64,000 bases of DNA, taken from Candidatus Acetothermia bacterium JdFR-48 (lineage in GTDB: Bacteria > Bipolaricaulota > Bipolaricaulia > Bipolaricaulales > Bipolaricaulaceae). Below are positions 63,801 to 64,000 of the stretch, piece after piece. Where the stretch lies: assembly GCA_002011425.1 (NCBI GenBank), contig MTNJ01000053.1:11418-75417 (forward strand). The letters are read 5' to 3'. Each line of letters starts with the position of its first letter. Positions within the stretch are counted from its first letter, which is position 1. Position numbers and translations under genes: made by a program. The notes under the pieces are model-generated. The model saw nothing but the letters and a program-made list of their open reading frames with translations. It ran no database searches and was not told the DNA's origin.

Positions 63801-64000
63801 ATGAATGCGTTACCGTTGATTCTCGTGGCCTTGCTCACGATCTTCATGGGCCTCTTGGAGTTGGATTGGACCCAGTTTTTCACCGATCCAGCTCGGGAGT
63901 TATTCCGGGAACTGGTGGAGGAGTTCCGGGGAAAACGGGACCTCGTGACAGTGTTGGAAGTGGTGGGTGTCGGAATGGAGCCCGTGGTGCTACGGTTTCA
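63801..64000 (+). CDS. Hypothetical membrane protein, 5' part only (runs off the window end)
   Basis: Open frame from the ATG at 63801: MNALPLILVALLTIFMGLLELDWTQFFTDPARELFRELVEEFRGKRDLVTVLEVVGVGMEPVVLRF... Hydrophobic N-terminus, no family recognised. Confidence 0.3.
   Translation, partial: MNALPLILVALLTIFMGLLELDWTQFFTDPARELFRELVEEFRGKRDLVTVLEVVGVGMEPVVLRF

Overview
This is a compact, high-G+C bacterial chromosome segment. Its proteins have a thermophile-like composition (rich in E/K/R/L), and I cannot place the lineage from the sequence alone. About 65 protein genes are packed almost end to end, many with 1-4 nt start/stop overlaps. Most are housekeeping: rpsT, secF, yidC-jag, rlmI, def-fmt, recG, gatC, rpsB-tsf-pyrH, sigA, topA, maf, nadK, htrA, ispD, prmC, ftsEX-like, udg and pgk. 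There are also six tRNA genes: a five-gene cluster at 50.5-51.05 kb and tRNA-Gly(CCC) at 62.4 kb. Several ABC transporters are present (two sugar systems, NitT/TauT type, Opp/Dpp type, ABC-2 exporter), along with an envelope glycosyltransferase cluster. I saw no rRNA, CRISPR array, transposase, integrase, reverse transcriptase or recognisable defence system. The non-core part is roughly 2.7-16.3 kb. It holds a lower-G+C amino-sugar/sugar utilisation block: GntR, nagB, ROK regulator, a sugar ABC system, then an argininosuccinate-lyase-like enzyme, a UlaG-like MBL hydrolase and an amidohydrolase. After that comes a 3.7 kb stretch in which nearly every recognisable gene is broken by frameshifts: an AlkA-like glycosylase, a small exporter and a vapBC-like pair. 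Other points worth a second look are non-canonical start codons on rpsT (ATT) and apparently fmt (ATC), and a recurring -10 box 7-9 nt upstream of ATG that predicts leaderless mRNAs for at least six genes. That set includes a maf/deacetylase pair whose divergent start codons share one CATG. An FtsE-like ATPase has lost four of its five catalytic motifs, and paralogous hairpin spacers sit inside the tRNA cluster. I did not find a compelling complete novel system. The best candidates are the lyase/hydrolase catabolic module and the degenerate FtsEX pair. All calls come from reading the sequence and the ORF translations; no searches were run.
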